From assembly GCA_048881705.1 (NCBI GenBank), contig JBHLSH010000006.1, positions 13,233 through 77,232 of the forward strand: a DNA stretch of 64,000 nt, in the 5' to 3' direction. The position numbers and the translations under genes were made by a program. Origin of the DNA: Candidatus Heimdallarchaeota archaeon (GTDB lineage: Archaea > Asgardarchaeota > Heimdallarchaeia > Hodarchaeales > Hodarchaeaceae). Under the pieces are notes generated by a model, which saw only the letters and a program-made list of their open reading frames with translations, was not told where the DNA came from and did no database searches. Shown in pieces: positions 53,601 to 63,000 of this stretch (position 1 is the stretch's first letter; each line of letters begins with the position of its first letter).

Positions 53601-56600
53601 ATTGGTTCCGTTGAGGGTTCTTATAATCGGATATCCTCCATAACCCGTACCCGCTGGATCCGAGGCTGCCACGATAATATCATCAAAGCCGTCACGACCA
53701 AAATCAGTGGATGCAATAAGTTCGTCTGGAACGGGATCTAGGCTACTTATATCGCCAGTCAGCGCTATATTTTCCCAAAGAACGTCCCAGTCAACGAAAA
53801 GAAGATTTGTTCGAGGAGCATTAACCACCATACCTTCAAAAGCGTAAACATTGCCCTGCTCACTGGATATAATTACTTCATCAATTCCGTTTCGATTTGC
53901 ATCGAAAAGTTCGATATCCGTCGTTGGATTGGGGAAACTATCGCTCTGCCAGCCTTGATAGTATTGAAGTGCCTGTTTACGCGGATCATTGCTACCTCCG
54001 GTACGGGAGACTTCTACTAGATAGGCTTTGTTACCCGAAGCGATTGCAATTTCTCTTCTAAAATCGTTATCGCTATCCCCTGTATCCAAAGCCGTCACCG
54101 AAGTAAAATCAAAGAGGGTGAAGTTAGAGGACGGGTTCATTCCGAAGAATATGTTATTAAAGTAACCTCTATCAGGGTTCCTTTTATCTGTGTTAAATCT
54201 ACCACTTCCATAACTATCGGGGGCCGAGGATACTGTCATGCCAGGAGTATATCCGCTACCTTGATTAGGATCACTAGAAGGATTGTCACTTCCCGTGGCA
54301 TCGTCTCCAAATGCAATCAAACTGCCACCGTATGCAGTATATTGGTTAGTACCGCCAGTAACCACAGTTTGATAATTGATGTTATTACTACCCGTCATAG
54401 TGGACGGGGAATAGATCAAAGCACTGCCACCTCCGCCTTGCAAGGAGACATTTTGAAGTAACCCGATATTTACTCCCTGATATGATAAACTGCCGCCTCC
54501 TGTTGTGAGACCTCCACCCACCGCCTTCACCAGACCCGAATGAGCTGAAATATCTCCGAGCGATAGTCCCGCTCCCAGGGACGCCATATGTATTGATTGA
54601 GAGTACCCTTGATTGAGAGTTTGTACTGAGGCAGCTGTACCGGCTACGGTAACCGATTGGAATGTGAAAAATGAGTATTGTGCCATAAATGAGTACGCGA
54701 AGCCTCCTTCCCAATGAGCAGTAATGGCAGGACCGATCGAGATTAGAGATCTTACTAGAACAAAAGGATTTGATTTGAGAACCATGACACTGAATCCAAA
54801 GGCAGGGAAGCTCAAATAGGTCGCAAACGGAGGTGTGGTTGTTACGGGTTCAGGTTCTCGCCACGTATCTCCATCATCTTTTGAGTATGTAACGTGGAGC
54901 GCTCCCGAAGGATTTCCTCCATCCGCTTCATAAATTACCATCAGAGCGTGGTCTTGAGTGACAGTTTGAGTAATCGAAGGATGAAGTTCATCGATGGCGT
55001 CCACCGTCGCTCTTGAATACCCAAACGTCGCATCCCAAACTGGAGTAGAGTTGGATCGCGCTACCCAGATATCTAAATCCACTTTTGCTTCAATGTATAA
55101 TCTCCCTGTGAATACGAGAACCACATCCCCGCTCACGGAACGTACGGCATCATGTGAGACTGCCTGGTATCTATTGGCCGTTGCATTGGTGCCTATGCTA
55201 GGGAGTTGCCCCATTGGTGCAGCAGTTGGGTTTAAATAGTCTCCTTGCCAGTAAATTCCTCCATCCGTGCTATTGAGATACGAAATAGCAACGCGCTGCA
55301 TGGTGTTGTTTGAAAAGCTCCAAACAGAGGGATTGTAAAGCCAATTAGTTCCAGGAAGAGAAGACCCATCTATTGCCAAGGTATAACCTGCCTGTTGAGC
55401 GACGCCATTCTCCCACCAAAGGTTGGCGGCATCCGCTTTTAACTCTAAGAGCCAGATTCCCTCGGGATTGCCAAAGAAGCCAGTGAAGCTTAGATGGCCT
55501 GTAAAGGCCAGCCAAATGCGCCCATCACTCGTTTGGAATAGGGAAGGATGGAACTCATATGCTGAAGCTGCATACGGGAATGGACCCCCTCCTACGCTAT
55601 CTACAACGAGTTTACTGGTGGTAACCCGACCCCATTGCTTCCAATTTTCGCCATAATCATCACTAGTGGCAAAATAAAGGTAAAGCCCTGCTTTAAAAAT
55701 CTGTAACCAGTGACCTTTGGCAAAGATTATTGAATGGTTAAACTGCAATTCAATAAAGTCAGTATTTCTCAGTGCAAGTGGAATTTTCGCTTCAAGATCG
55801 AACATCTGTTTTAGCTTGATTGTTGGGAAGTTGACAAAGCTAGTCAGAAGAGTGCGATTGATGTAAGTATTATCGCGGGTTCCGTCTAGTTCCGCGTTTT
55901 CGTATATCACAACTCCCTTAAATGTCCCAGCAATTATCTCTGAATAGTTATCATAGTCCTGATTATCCACTGTGACATCGAATACTGGATTATCTTCCAT
56001 CCACAGGAGCGGCGCCCACCAAGTATAATCATATGTTCCAATTTGGTTTTCTAAGATAGCTACAAATCCGTTGGTTTGACCCCACCATGTAGTGTTCGTT
56101 CCACCAACGATTATTTCATTCAGTAGATCTCCATCAGTATCAGCCACCACAATAGACTCTATTGATAGTGTTCTCACTGATGGGGAAGCTAACGGATTAC
56201 CTGGGACAAAGTAACGCCCCCGGACAGGATAGGGATCGATTAAGAAGTTTTCGTAGAATTGATTGGCCCCATTGCTTTCAAAGACAAACAGAAACGGCCC
56301 AGCTCCGAGGATAAACTCCCCGTAACCATTCAGGTCAATGTCGCCTCCGAAGGCTGCAGCAGTAAACTGCGTAACCCCTAAATCCTTGAAGAGGTTTGCC
56401 CATACGGAATGGCGCATATCTGCCTGCCAGATCAGGACATATTCGTCATCAATGGAAACAAATCCGTCATTGTTTTGTTCCCAAACGAAAATGGATAATC
56501 CCGCGGTGGCCACCATCTCTAGGAACCCATCGTTATCCATATCTAGCCCTACAACCAGTTCTTCAACGTGATCCCAAATTGTTCTGTAGAAAGTTCCTGA

Positions 56601-59600
56601 GACTCCTTCTAACTCTTGCCAGGCATATGGTGAGGACGTTGACAATTCCTCATGCGTGATATCCTGCGAACGGAACGCTCGTTTGTAGGTATTATTCGTA
56701 AGATGCTCAAAGACATAAAGATTGTTATCATAATCACCTACAATTACTTCTTTTCGCCCATCTTGATCCATATCGCCTGTTTTAAGAGTTAAAGTCCAGC
56801 GTTTTAGCTCAGCTTCAGAGTTCCATACCTCAAAGACATGATACCCGTAATTGGCTAGCGTATTTCCGTGGCTATCTGTACCGGATTTTAGATTGATCTC
56901 TAATCGGGCTATTAGGGGATTAGTCCCCACCACGAAAGCGTTATGATTATCGTACTCGGCATCTAGTTGCACAATCGAATCAGTATGCCAATTATAGGTT
57001 GTAAGGTGTGTTATTCTTCCAGAAGTTCCATCTAATGCTGGAGCTGCCTTTGTTAAGTTGTTAAAGCGTAAACCACCCCAACTATTAGTATAAAGCCATT
57101 TATTCTCGCGCCATTTAGGATTTCGCCCCGATCCTACATTCTGGTAATATGTAGTGGCATTTATTGTTCCTTTTCGGTTCGACCATCCCACCGAAAGATC
57201 CATATCCCCATCCTCATCAAAATCATAGAGAAATGGTGAATCAAAAAGCTTATTGGTGGCAGAATCGATAATATCTCTAAAATAATGCGTATTCAATTGG
57301 AAAAGCGCATTTTCGATGTTTTCTATCAAATAAACTCGTCCGTTGGTTAAAACAAGATCCAAATCCCCGTCTCCGTCGATATCTCCGCTAGTGAGCTGGG
57401 GCATACGTTGCGATTTTTCAAGGGCACGTTTGAGCAATCCAGTTATCTCCACTTGAGCAAGATCAAATTTAGGTCCTTTATACACCCCTAAGGGGGGTGT
57501 TGTCGTATCGAAGGTGAATACATCGATGCCTGCAACTGCTATGTTATCCCGAGTAGGATCGTAGAGTAAATTTGGATTGTTGCTTGCCCACGACAGGATT
57601 AACGCTTCTGGAAAGTAATCCGCATCTTGGTTTAGATCTACAAAAGTCGGAGATACCATTTTATCCCAATAAAAAGGATTATTGTTAACATCGGCGAAAA
57701 ATGCTCCGCCCAGAGTTGAAACATTATGAGTCAAAGCGGGGAAGACCGCAAGTTGGCCGGTAGTTGTACCTATAATTAGATCGTTTTCAGGGATATGAAG
57801 TTCGATAATATCTTTAAGTGGTGAAAATTCCGGAATTCCGTTTAATATAGCATCAAAGAATGATTTAAACAACGAAACATGGGTTAAGGATGAGACTTCT
57901 CCGTAAGATCCAGATGGAGGAGGAAGTATGCTCGCTAATTGTATAAACTTCCATCCTACGACTTGTTCGATTATTGGACTCTTTGTTTCATTGAAGAGCC
58001 ATGTTGGTATCTTTCCTGGACTCTTAACTTCAACGATATCCCAGATATTTGTCCCTTGTGTGTAACTGTCGTTTTTGTAAGAGTTCCACAATAAATCATA
58101 ATTCTTCGTGGTGGGATTATAGCGGAACATCACAATCTTTCCATCCGATGTTCCCAGTACGATTTTCTTTCCTTCGGAAACACCGGTTGTGTACGCTCGG
58201 AAATAATCGAGGTCAAGACTCCCAATAGTTAGAGATGTAGCGGTATCCATAGGCCTGTAAAGCACTGGAGCATAGGCACTATCAATCTTAAAAACTGTGT
58301 TGGTAACATTAATGCGCATATAACGAGCGTACGCCCAATGGCGTTTTGAGAGTGCTGGGTCAATATCGAGAAGCAAAGGTTCATCTATGCCGTTTCCTAC
58401 ATTTATCAGCGCAGTGGAGATATCGAAGGCCTGGATTAGTTCCCATTCCTCCCCTTCACGGGATATTTCAAACGAGATCTTACTTAGATCTGGGGGTGTA
58501 TCATCCGCAAACCACATTTGCACATCATAGCCCAACCCTTCACTTGGGATCGCAAATAATCCGTCACCCATAATTTCACCGTCTTTCCCCCAATCGACGA
58601 TCGCTGACGCCAAGGGTCTTACGCTGGCATTGAAAACAGTATAATTTCCGTCAAGTGGTTGAAGTTTTTTATCCAAAGCCATAACTGTGTTTTTGGGGAG
58701 TCCAGGTTGGTCAGGGTATTCGTAGGGTTCCAAGTAGATGGTATTGTTGGCGAACCAGGGGGGTCTGAAATAAACGGTGGCATTTACATCGCTCATGGTC
58801 GTGATAAGAGAGGTGATTTCACCGGTATCGTTATTATTTGACCAGGTCATCCAATCGATCCAATGGTTTAGGAAATGGCCTGCACCTTCTAAACCGCCCA
58901 ATTCCCACGAATCTAACGGTTCCCAAAGCTGTTTGGTCAAATAGGTCCCTTGGCTGCCAATAGAAGGGTCAAAATTAATGACATAGGTGCCCTGGCCTGC
59001 CGCGACATAGACAACCTCATCAGGAGTATCATCATCCAAATTATCGACTGTTACCCGAATGATCGGCTTCCATGAAAGATTTCCGGTATCCCAGTGATAA
59101 CGGTATGAATTATCTTGAGTTAGAGGCCAAGGCTTCCCATTTATGGTAAGAACAGTTCCATTGTTTTCATGGATATACACTCTGCCATTCTGTGTACCAG
59201 CAACAATTTCTGGTAGTCGATTCCCATTTGTGTCTCCGACCGATAATGAAAATATTCTTTCTCCTACGGGGATTGTTACCTTTTCCGCGTATTCAATCCA
59301 ATGTTGCTTGCTAAAGGGATAGCCAGAGTGGTTGAAATACTCGTATACATGGATATTACCATCCCAGGCCCCTGCAATCACATCAGGCAGATAATCCTTA
59401 TCTATGTCTGCGATTTCTACGCCCCATACTTGTTGAATCTTGGGAGAAGTCCAGACATGGACAAATTGGTTTTCCATATTGTCAAAAGGATCGTAAATGT
59501 GCTCTTGTTCAAAGACGTAAACATGACCATCCGCTGATCCTGCTGCTATCTCCATAAAATCATTATTGTCTGTGTCTCCAAATGCTAAGGACAGAACATC

Positions 59601-60080
59601 TCCTTGAATAATCTGGTCCCCAGAATCCCAAACTTTGTCGTAATTGCGTGTCTTTTCATTCCATCGGTAAAGGTGGATCTCATTATCGTAAAGGTATCCG
59701 CCACCTACCGCGAGGAACTCCTTGGAGGGATCTGTCTTGATTACACGAACCGCTGCTTTTGTCAACCAAGGTTCCCAAACCTTCTGGTACTGCAATTCAT
59801 TATTCATTAAATGCTTCGTTATATCGTAGTCTTCAGGAATGTACCGCTGGTGTATTCCTGGCTGAGATGTATCCAATAAGGGTTGAGGAGAACCAGCGTT
59901 GACGCTTCGTTTTAAAGGTTCAACAGAGGCAGAGGAATTGAACAAACCTTCAAGCAAAGGCATAGCAACAAAGCGTGAACCGTTTCCAAGACCAAGGTTA
60001 GGCAGAATTATAATACAGCAGAGAAGCATCATACCTATCAGGCGCGTCATCCATGCCACCTTCCTGTGAGTTCTAGCCAT
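50679..60080 (-). CDS. Giant (about 3130 aa) surface protein: multiple FG-GAP/VCBS and PQQ-like beta-propellers, a BNR/sialidase-like module, a Gly-rich segment and a C-terminal TM anchor
   Basis: The ATG at 60080 is preceded by GGAGGAGG and begins the signal-like 'MARTHRKVAWMTRLIGMMLLCCIIILP'. FG-GAP-type motifs: 'SGDIDGDGDLDLVLTNGRVYLIEN', 'YDFDEDGDMDLSVG', 'GDFNNDGIIDVAVGTADGWVHF'. PQQ-like motifs: 'ALDGRTGDLIWKY', 'AINGETGLPIWKD'. Asp-boxes: 'SDDYGENW', 'SKDDGDTW'. The C-terminal helix is 'VFLWISFYDVIFPLIGLLVSI'. Confidence 0.85.
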   Translation of the reverse strand: MARTHRKVAWMTRLIGMMLLCCIIILPNLGLGNGSRFVAMPLLEGLFNSSASVEPLKRSVNAGSPQPLLDTSQPGIHQRYIPEDYDITKHLMNNELQYQKVWEPWLTKAAVRVIKTDPSKEFLAVGGGYLYDNEIHLYRWNEKTRNYDKVWDSGDQIIQGDVLSLAFGDTDNNDFMEIAAGSADGHVYVFEQEHIYDPFDNMENQFVHVWTSPKIQQVWGVEIADIDKDYLPDVIAGAWDGNIHVYEYFNHSGYPFSKQHWIEYAEKVTIPVGERIFSLSVGDTNGNRLPEIVAGTQNGRVYIHENNGTVLTINGKPWPLTQDNSYRYHWDTGNLSWKPIIRVTVDNLDDDTPDEVVYVAAGQGTYVINFDPSIGSQGTYLTKQLWEPLDSWELGGLEGAGHFLNHWIDWMTWSNNNDTGEITSLITTMSDVNATVYFRPPWFANNTIYLEPYEYPDQPGLPKNTVMALDKKLQPLDGNYTVFNASVRPLASAIVDWGKDGEIMGDGLFAIPSEGLGYDVQMWFADDTPPDLSKISFEISREGEEWELIQAFDISTALINVGNGIDEPLLLDIDPALSKRHWAYARYMRINVTNTVFKIDSAYAPVLYRPMDTATSLTIGSLDLDYFRAYTTGVSEGKKIVLGTSDGKIVMFRYNPTTKNYDLLWNSYKNDSYTQGTNIWDIVEVKSPGKIPTWLFNETKSPIIEQVVGWKFIQLASILPPPSGSYGEVSSLTHVSLFKSFFDAILNGIPEFSPLKDIIELHIPENDLIIGTTTGQLAVFPALTHNVSTLGGAFFADVNNNPFYWDKMVSPTFVDLNQDADYFPEALILSWASNNPNLLYDPTRDNIAVAGIDVFTFDTTTPPLGVYKGPKFDLAQVEITGLLKRALEKSQRMPQLTSGDIDGDGDLDLVLTNGRVYLIENIENALFQLNTHYFRDIIDSATNKLFDSPFLYDFDEDGDMDLSVGWSNRKGTINATTYYQNVGSGRNPKWRENKWLYTNSWGGLRFNNLTKAAPALDGTSGRITHLTTYNWHTDSIVQLDAEYDNHNAFVVGTNPLIARLEINLKSGTDSHGNTLANYGYHVFEVWNSEAELKRWTLTLKTGDMDQDGRKEVIVGDYDNNLYVFEHLTNNTYKRAFRSQDITHEELSTSSPYAWQELEGVSGTFYRTIWDHVEELVVGLDMDNDGFLEMVATAGLSIFVWEQNNDGFVSIDDEYVLIWQADMRHSVWANLFKDLGVTQFTAAAFGGDIDLNGYGEFILGAGPFLFVFESNGANQFYENFLIDPYPVRGRYFVPGNPLASPSVRTLSIESIVVADTDGDLLNEIIVGGTNTTWWGQTNGFVAILENQIGTYDYTWWAPLLWMEDNPVFDVTVDNQDYDNYSEIIAGTFKGVVIYENAELDGTRDNTYINRTLLTSFVNFPTIKLKQMFDLEAKIPLALRNTDFIELQFNHSIIFAKGHWLQIFKAGLYLYFATSDDYGENWKQWGRVTTSKLVVDSVGGGPFPYAASAYEFHPSLFQTSDGRIWLAFTGHLSFTGFFGNPEGIWLLELKADAANLWWENGVAQQAGYTLAIDGSSLPGTNWLYNPSVWSFSNNTMQRVAISYLNSTDGGIYWQGDYLNPTAAPMGQLPSIGTNATANRYQAVSHDAVRSVSGDVVLVFTGRLYIEAKVDLDIWVARSNSTPVWDATFGYSRATVDAIDELHPSITQTVTQDHALMVIYEADGGNPSGALHVTYSKDDGDTWREPEPVTTTPPFATYLSFPAFGFSVMVLKSNPFVLVRSLISIGPAITAHWEGGFAYSFMAQYSFFTFQSVTVAGTAASVQTLNQGYSQSIHMASLGAGLSLGDISAHSGLVKAVGGGLTTGGGSLSYQGVNIGLLQNVSLQGGGGSALIYSPSTMTGSNNINYQTVVTGGTNQYTAYGGSLIAFGDDATGSDNPSSDPNQGSGYTPGMTVSSAPDSYGSGRFNTDKRNPDRGYFNNIFFGMNPSSNFTLFDFTSVTALDTGDSDNDFRREIAIASGNKAYLVEVSRTGGSNDPRKQALQYYQGWQSDSFPNPTTDIELFDANRNGIDEVIISSEQGNVYAFEGMVVNAPRTNLLFVDWDVLWENIALTGDISSLDPVPDELIASTDFGRDGFDDIIVAASDPAGTGYGGYPIIRTLNGTNGAILWTYNLSSYVSKNSWILSLESLDMDGDEVKDAIFLIYDDTQGDSSLFVLNGATGTEIRADMILSGFDQNNYTGLYLVDLDSNNVSDILVPNQHQVFLANPSTGATSIWSNVSFPDSSWKAEHIASGNNTLAIVARKMQSGLITQNGTVAIFSYDGTPLYQFNTTHSRFGLTSTILDVNQDNTSDILILEEGTLTVYNGNNFSVALGNYTFSEAIGNYKDAILYDFNQDTYMDVMFQIRTNGGNHTETFESIPLGRIRNNSLGLIFSETSPSIITDGWNTYSAAGFRVAHSGNIVAYSGEANNSIIIKEKARKVSAWFSTGIGYGFNFTLLAYDEDGKLLTLTTFPSNTPNTYVELNDPKGRIYKVRVSGTPGQPGWESWYCMDDFSFIGSGPTTKLVTISGLAINDVLWEYFMHDTHANEIKQADIDRDGEPDDFVFLTEYQPGFKHTGALTAVDGSYGTPLLFVEHEGSIMSVAAGNFGEFGELGIIENANGVAMGTWVRNEPTRYRSMAIQKNNTLAFKTRGIVVDMAVGDFSKDGVDDIVYGDTQGYVIALDGRTGDLIWKYRTTLPITHLVTHDFFMQDGYTDVIVVLLNGRIYAINGETGLPIWKDHLGPVIVNDMKFADLNNDGTTEELVISMGYWFNPFKGRILVYNTTLHPVTLKGTIIWESINPVGPFTKIQFADFLGTGLMDIAVSIHEKAIWFYKAVDSGVVAPFNRFWTKVQDFAVGDFTANPLPEIAVIVRNGTVITYHSTDWSNTAADYINATRSFHENVTFRFSHLITADLTGDGYDDLVIRSFGDRHYALTMTSNGTIMVWWEFQDHSIFYLEEYRISDMNNDGTLDVLALNHDNIYALDGTSGEVQWVSYIPTYLIRSMAMGDFNNDGIIDVAVGTADGWVHFLHGNENEVVVLRANNPYSSYEELIIPFSEHQRSVFLWISFYDVIFPLIGLLVSIEGLKAQFHVREKQGVW

Positions 60081-60081
60081 T

Positions 60082-63000
60082 TTACAGACCTCCTCCTTCA
60101 TCTTTCTTCCTACGCCAAAGTTTCCGGAAATCAAGGCTCCAATTGAACTTACGTTTCATGAAACTGCCAGTGTAAATGGCCAACGCTGTTAGTGCGAATC
60201 CAAAGATGCCTCCCATAATTATACTAGGTAAAATGACTTCTAACGGATCCATTTGGATATAAAACTGAAGTTGTCTCACCACCTCACTACCATCGGGGCG
60301 AACCCCCGTAACCTGGAGTAAATAAGCTCCCTTCGGCAGAGTCATGAGTGAACTTTGCCATTGATGTTGCCATCTGACGTAATTTAGAGCTTTTAAGGAA
60401 TGATCCGTGGGACCGCTCAAAAATTGATAATTAACCTGTTCAAAGTTCGTGAAATTTGTAGCGGTGACCGTTACGGTGGTAATATCGGAATATGTATCTA
60501 AGGGAGACGTGATTGCCAAACCCCCACGATATATATCCAAGACACCGTACATAACGGAGGCATTGGTGAATGTAAGGGGATCGGTTCCTACGAGAATTTC
60601 CAATCCATCAGAAAAGGTATCGTTGTCCGTATCCCAATTCGAGGCGTTAGTACCATATATTTGCCATTCTGCTCCATCTAGTAGACCATCATGGTCGCTA
60701 TCTGGATTAAAGGGACCGCCACCCGGTACAATCGTAGTAGGAGAAATAGTTCCATTGGGGCCATCCCCAAAGTACTCATATCCGTCAGGCACGCCATCGT
60801 GATCGCTATCAAATAGTAATCCATCTAATGTACCGTTTACCAAGCTATCGGTAATCATTGGGTCTGTTCCATAGGAGAATAATCCATCTGGATCGATTTC
60901 AGCGCCATCTGGTAGGAGGTCATCATCGGTATCCGGATCATCCGCGTAGGTAGGATATGTTGGAGCGTAAGGGCCAAGGAGGTTAATCTTAAACTTGATA
61001 GGACCCTCGAAAGGAGCAGGGATTACCGCGGTGGTTTCATTTGCATCTAATAATCCATCTGCATCGGTATCGTTTTTTAAGGGATCGGTCAAATGGAAGA
61101 AGATTTCATCATAATCGATGAGGGTATCATTATCCGTATCAATACTGTCTGGTCTGGTATTGTATATGTCAATTTCTTCAGAGTCCGTTAGAATATCGCC
61201 ATCGCTATCTGCCAGCACAGGGGATGTATTATATGGCCGGAGGGCAGTGAATCCGATGTAGGGATAAATTAAGCTCGTGAAATTGGCGATCATTAGTTCA
61301 AGACCATCTAGGATGGTATCGCCGTCAGTATCATTACTCAGGGGATCCAGAAGCAATGGGGTAAAATCGGGGATTAAACCTGAGCCTAGATACAATTCCC
61401 AACCATCCGAAATGCCGTCAAGATCTGTATCACCATACGTAGGATTTGTTCCGTAATAATATAGTTCATCCCCATCACTAGCTCTAAATGTCAGGTCTAT
61501 TTTACCGCCAGGATATACCACGAAGTACGTGATTGAATCTAGATCAGTATCCCACATGAGGGGGTCAGTGCTGATGTTATTGTATGTTCCATAAACCTCA
61601 TCTCCGTCACGTATATAGTCGCCAGTCCACACGCCATCACCGTTCTCGTCCAAAGATAAATCCCATTCTTGAAGTCCATCGAAACGGCCGTTATTATTTA
61701 GGTCAATCCACTCTTCTGAATCGGTATCCGGATCATCAGGCTTAGTACGATAAATGAAAAGCTCTTCAAAGTCATTCAACCGATCATTATCAGAATCTTC
61801 GTCCATCGGATCAGTGAAATAGACATACAATTCGGACCAATCTGAAATACGATCACCATCAGAATCCACAGAGAAAGGATTGGTATGATACCAGTAAAGT
61901 TCCTCCCCATCAAGCAAACCATCGTAATCTGTATCGGGCCAGTCCGGACGAGTTCCATATTTGAAATATTCATCGCCGTCAGTGACTAGGTCGTGGTCTC
62001 CGTCTGGATTACGAGGATCAGAACCCAATAATACTTCCTGAAGATCACCTAGTCCGTCACCATCCGTATCAGGGTTGGCATAGTGGGTATGGTTTGAATC
62101 TGATTTCAAAGTACCCTCTAAACCGTCAATCAGACCATCATCGTCTGTATCCGCATCGTTAGGATCGCTGGGTGGATCTAGCGATAACTCATAGCCATCT
62201 GAATTTAGAAACTCATTCACGGGAGGACTGTCGGTTGTGGTGTGATAGGGTTCGTAAAACAAAGCTTCCAATGAACCGGGAAGTACATCAGGACGAGTTC
62301 GATTGAAATCTCCAATCCCTGTGTCCCCATCAGTGTCAGGATTAACAGGATTGGTATAGGTTACATTAAGAACAGGTTCTCCCTCAATCATGTAAACAAT
62401 AGGCATTCCCTTAACCTCCCACCAATCTGAGGTCAAAATATACGATCCATCCTTAATCTTAACCCAGAGTCGTATCTTACTAGCGGATATCTTTCCATCC
62501 CAGAGCTGTTCCCATGAATCATCGTCGGTGTCATTATCAAGGGGACTCGTATACCCTCCATTGAAGATTATGGGAGGAGTGTCAAGGTCATAGTTCCCTT
62601 GACCCAGATCATTGGATGTTTTATTGTAAAGTGCTGCATCAGCTAGGCCAGGTAACCCGTAATATGGCCCAAATTCGCCCTCCTCGCCATCAAGAAGCCC
62701 ATCCTGATCCGTATCAGGATTTAAAGGATCAGTACGATCAAAATACTTTTTTCCCCCAATCATAACGAATGGAACCGAGGGTGTTATTCCAGTGATATCG
62801 TGCGCATGATTTACTTCATAATAATCGTCAACACCATCTTCATCGGTGTCTGTATCTAAAGGATCGGTTCCGATGATAATAGCTTCTTCATAATCCGACA
62901 ATCCATCCCAATCTGAATCCGGCTGAAGCGGATTTGTCTTGGTATTGTGATACTCAACAAAATCATCCAAACCATCTGAATCAGAGTCTGCTAAGATTGG

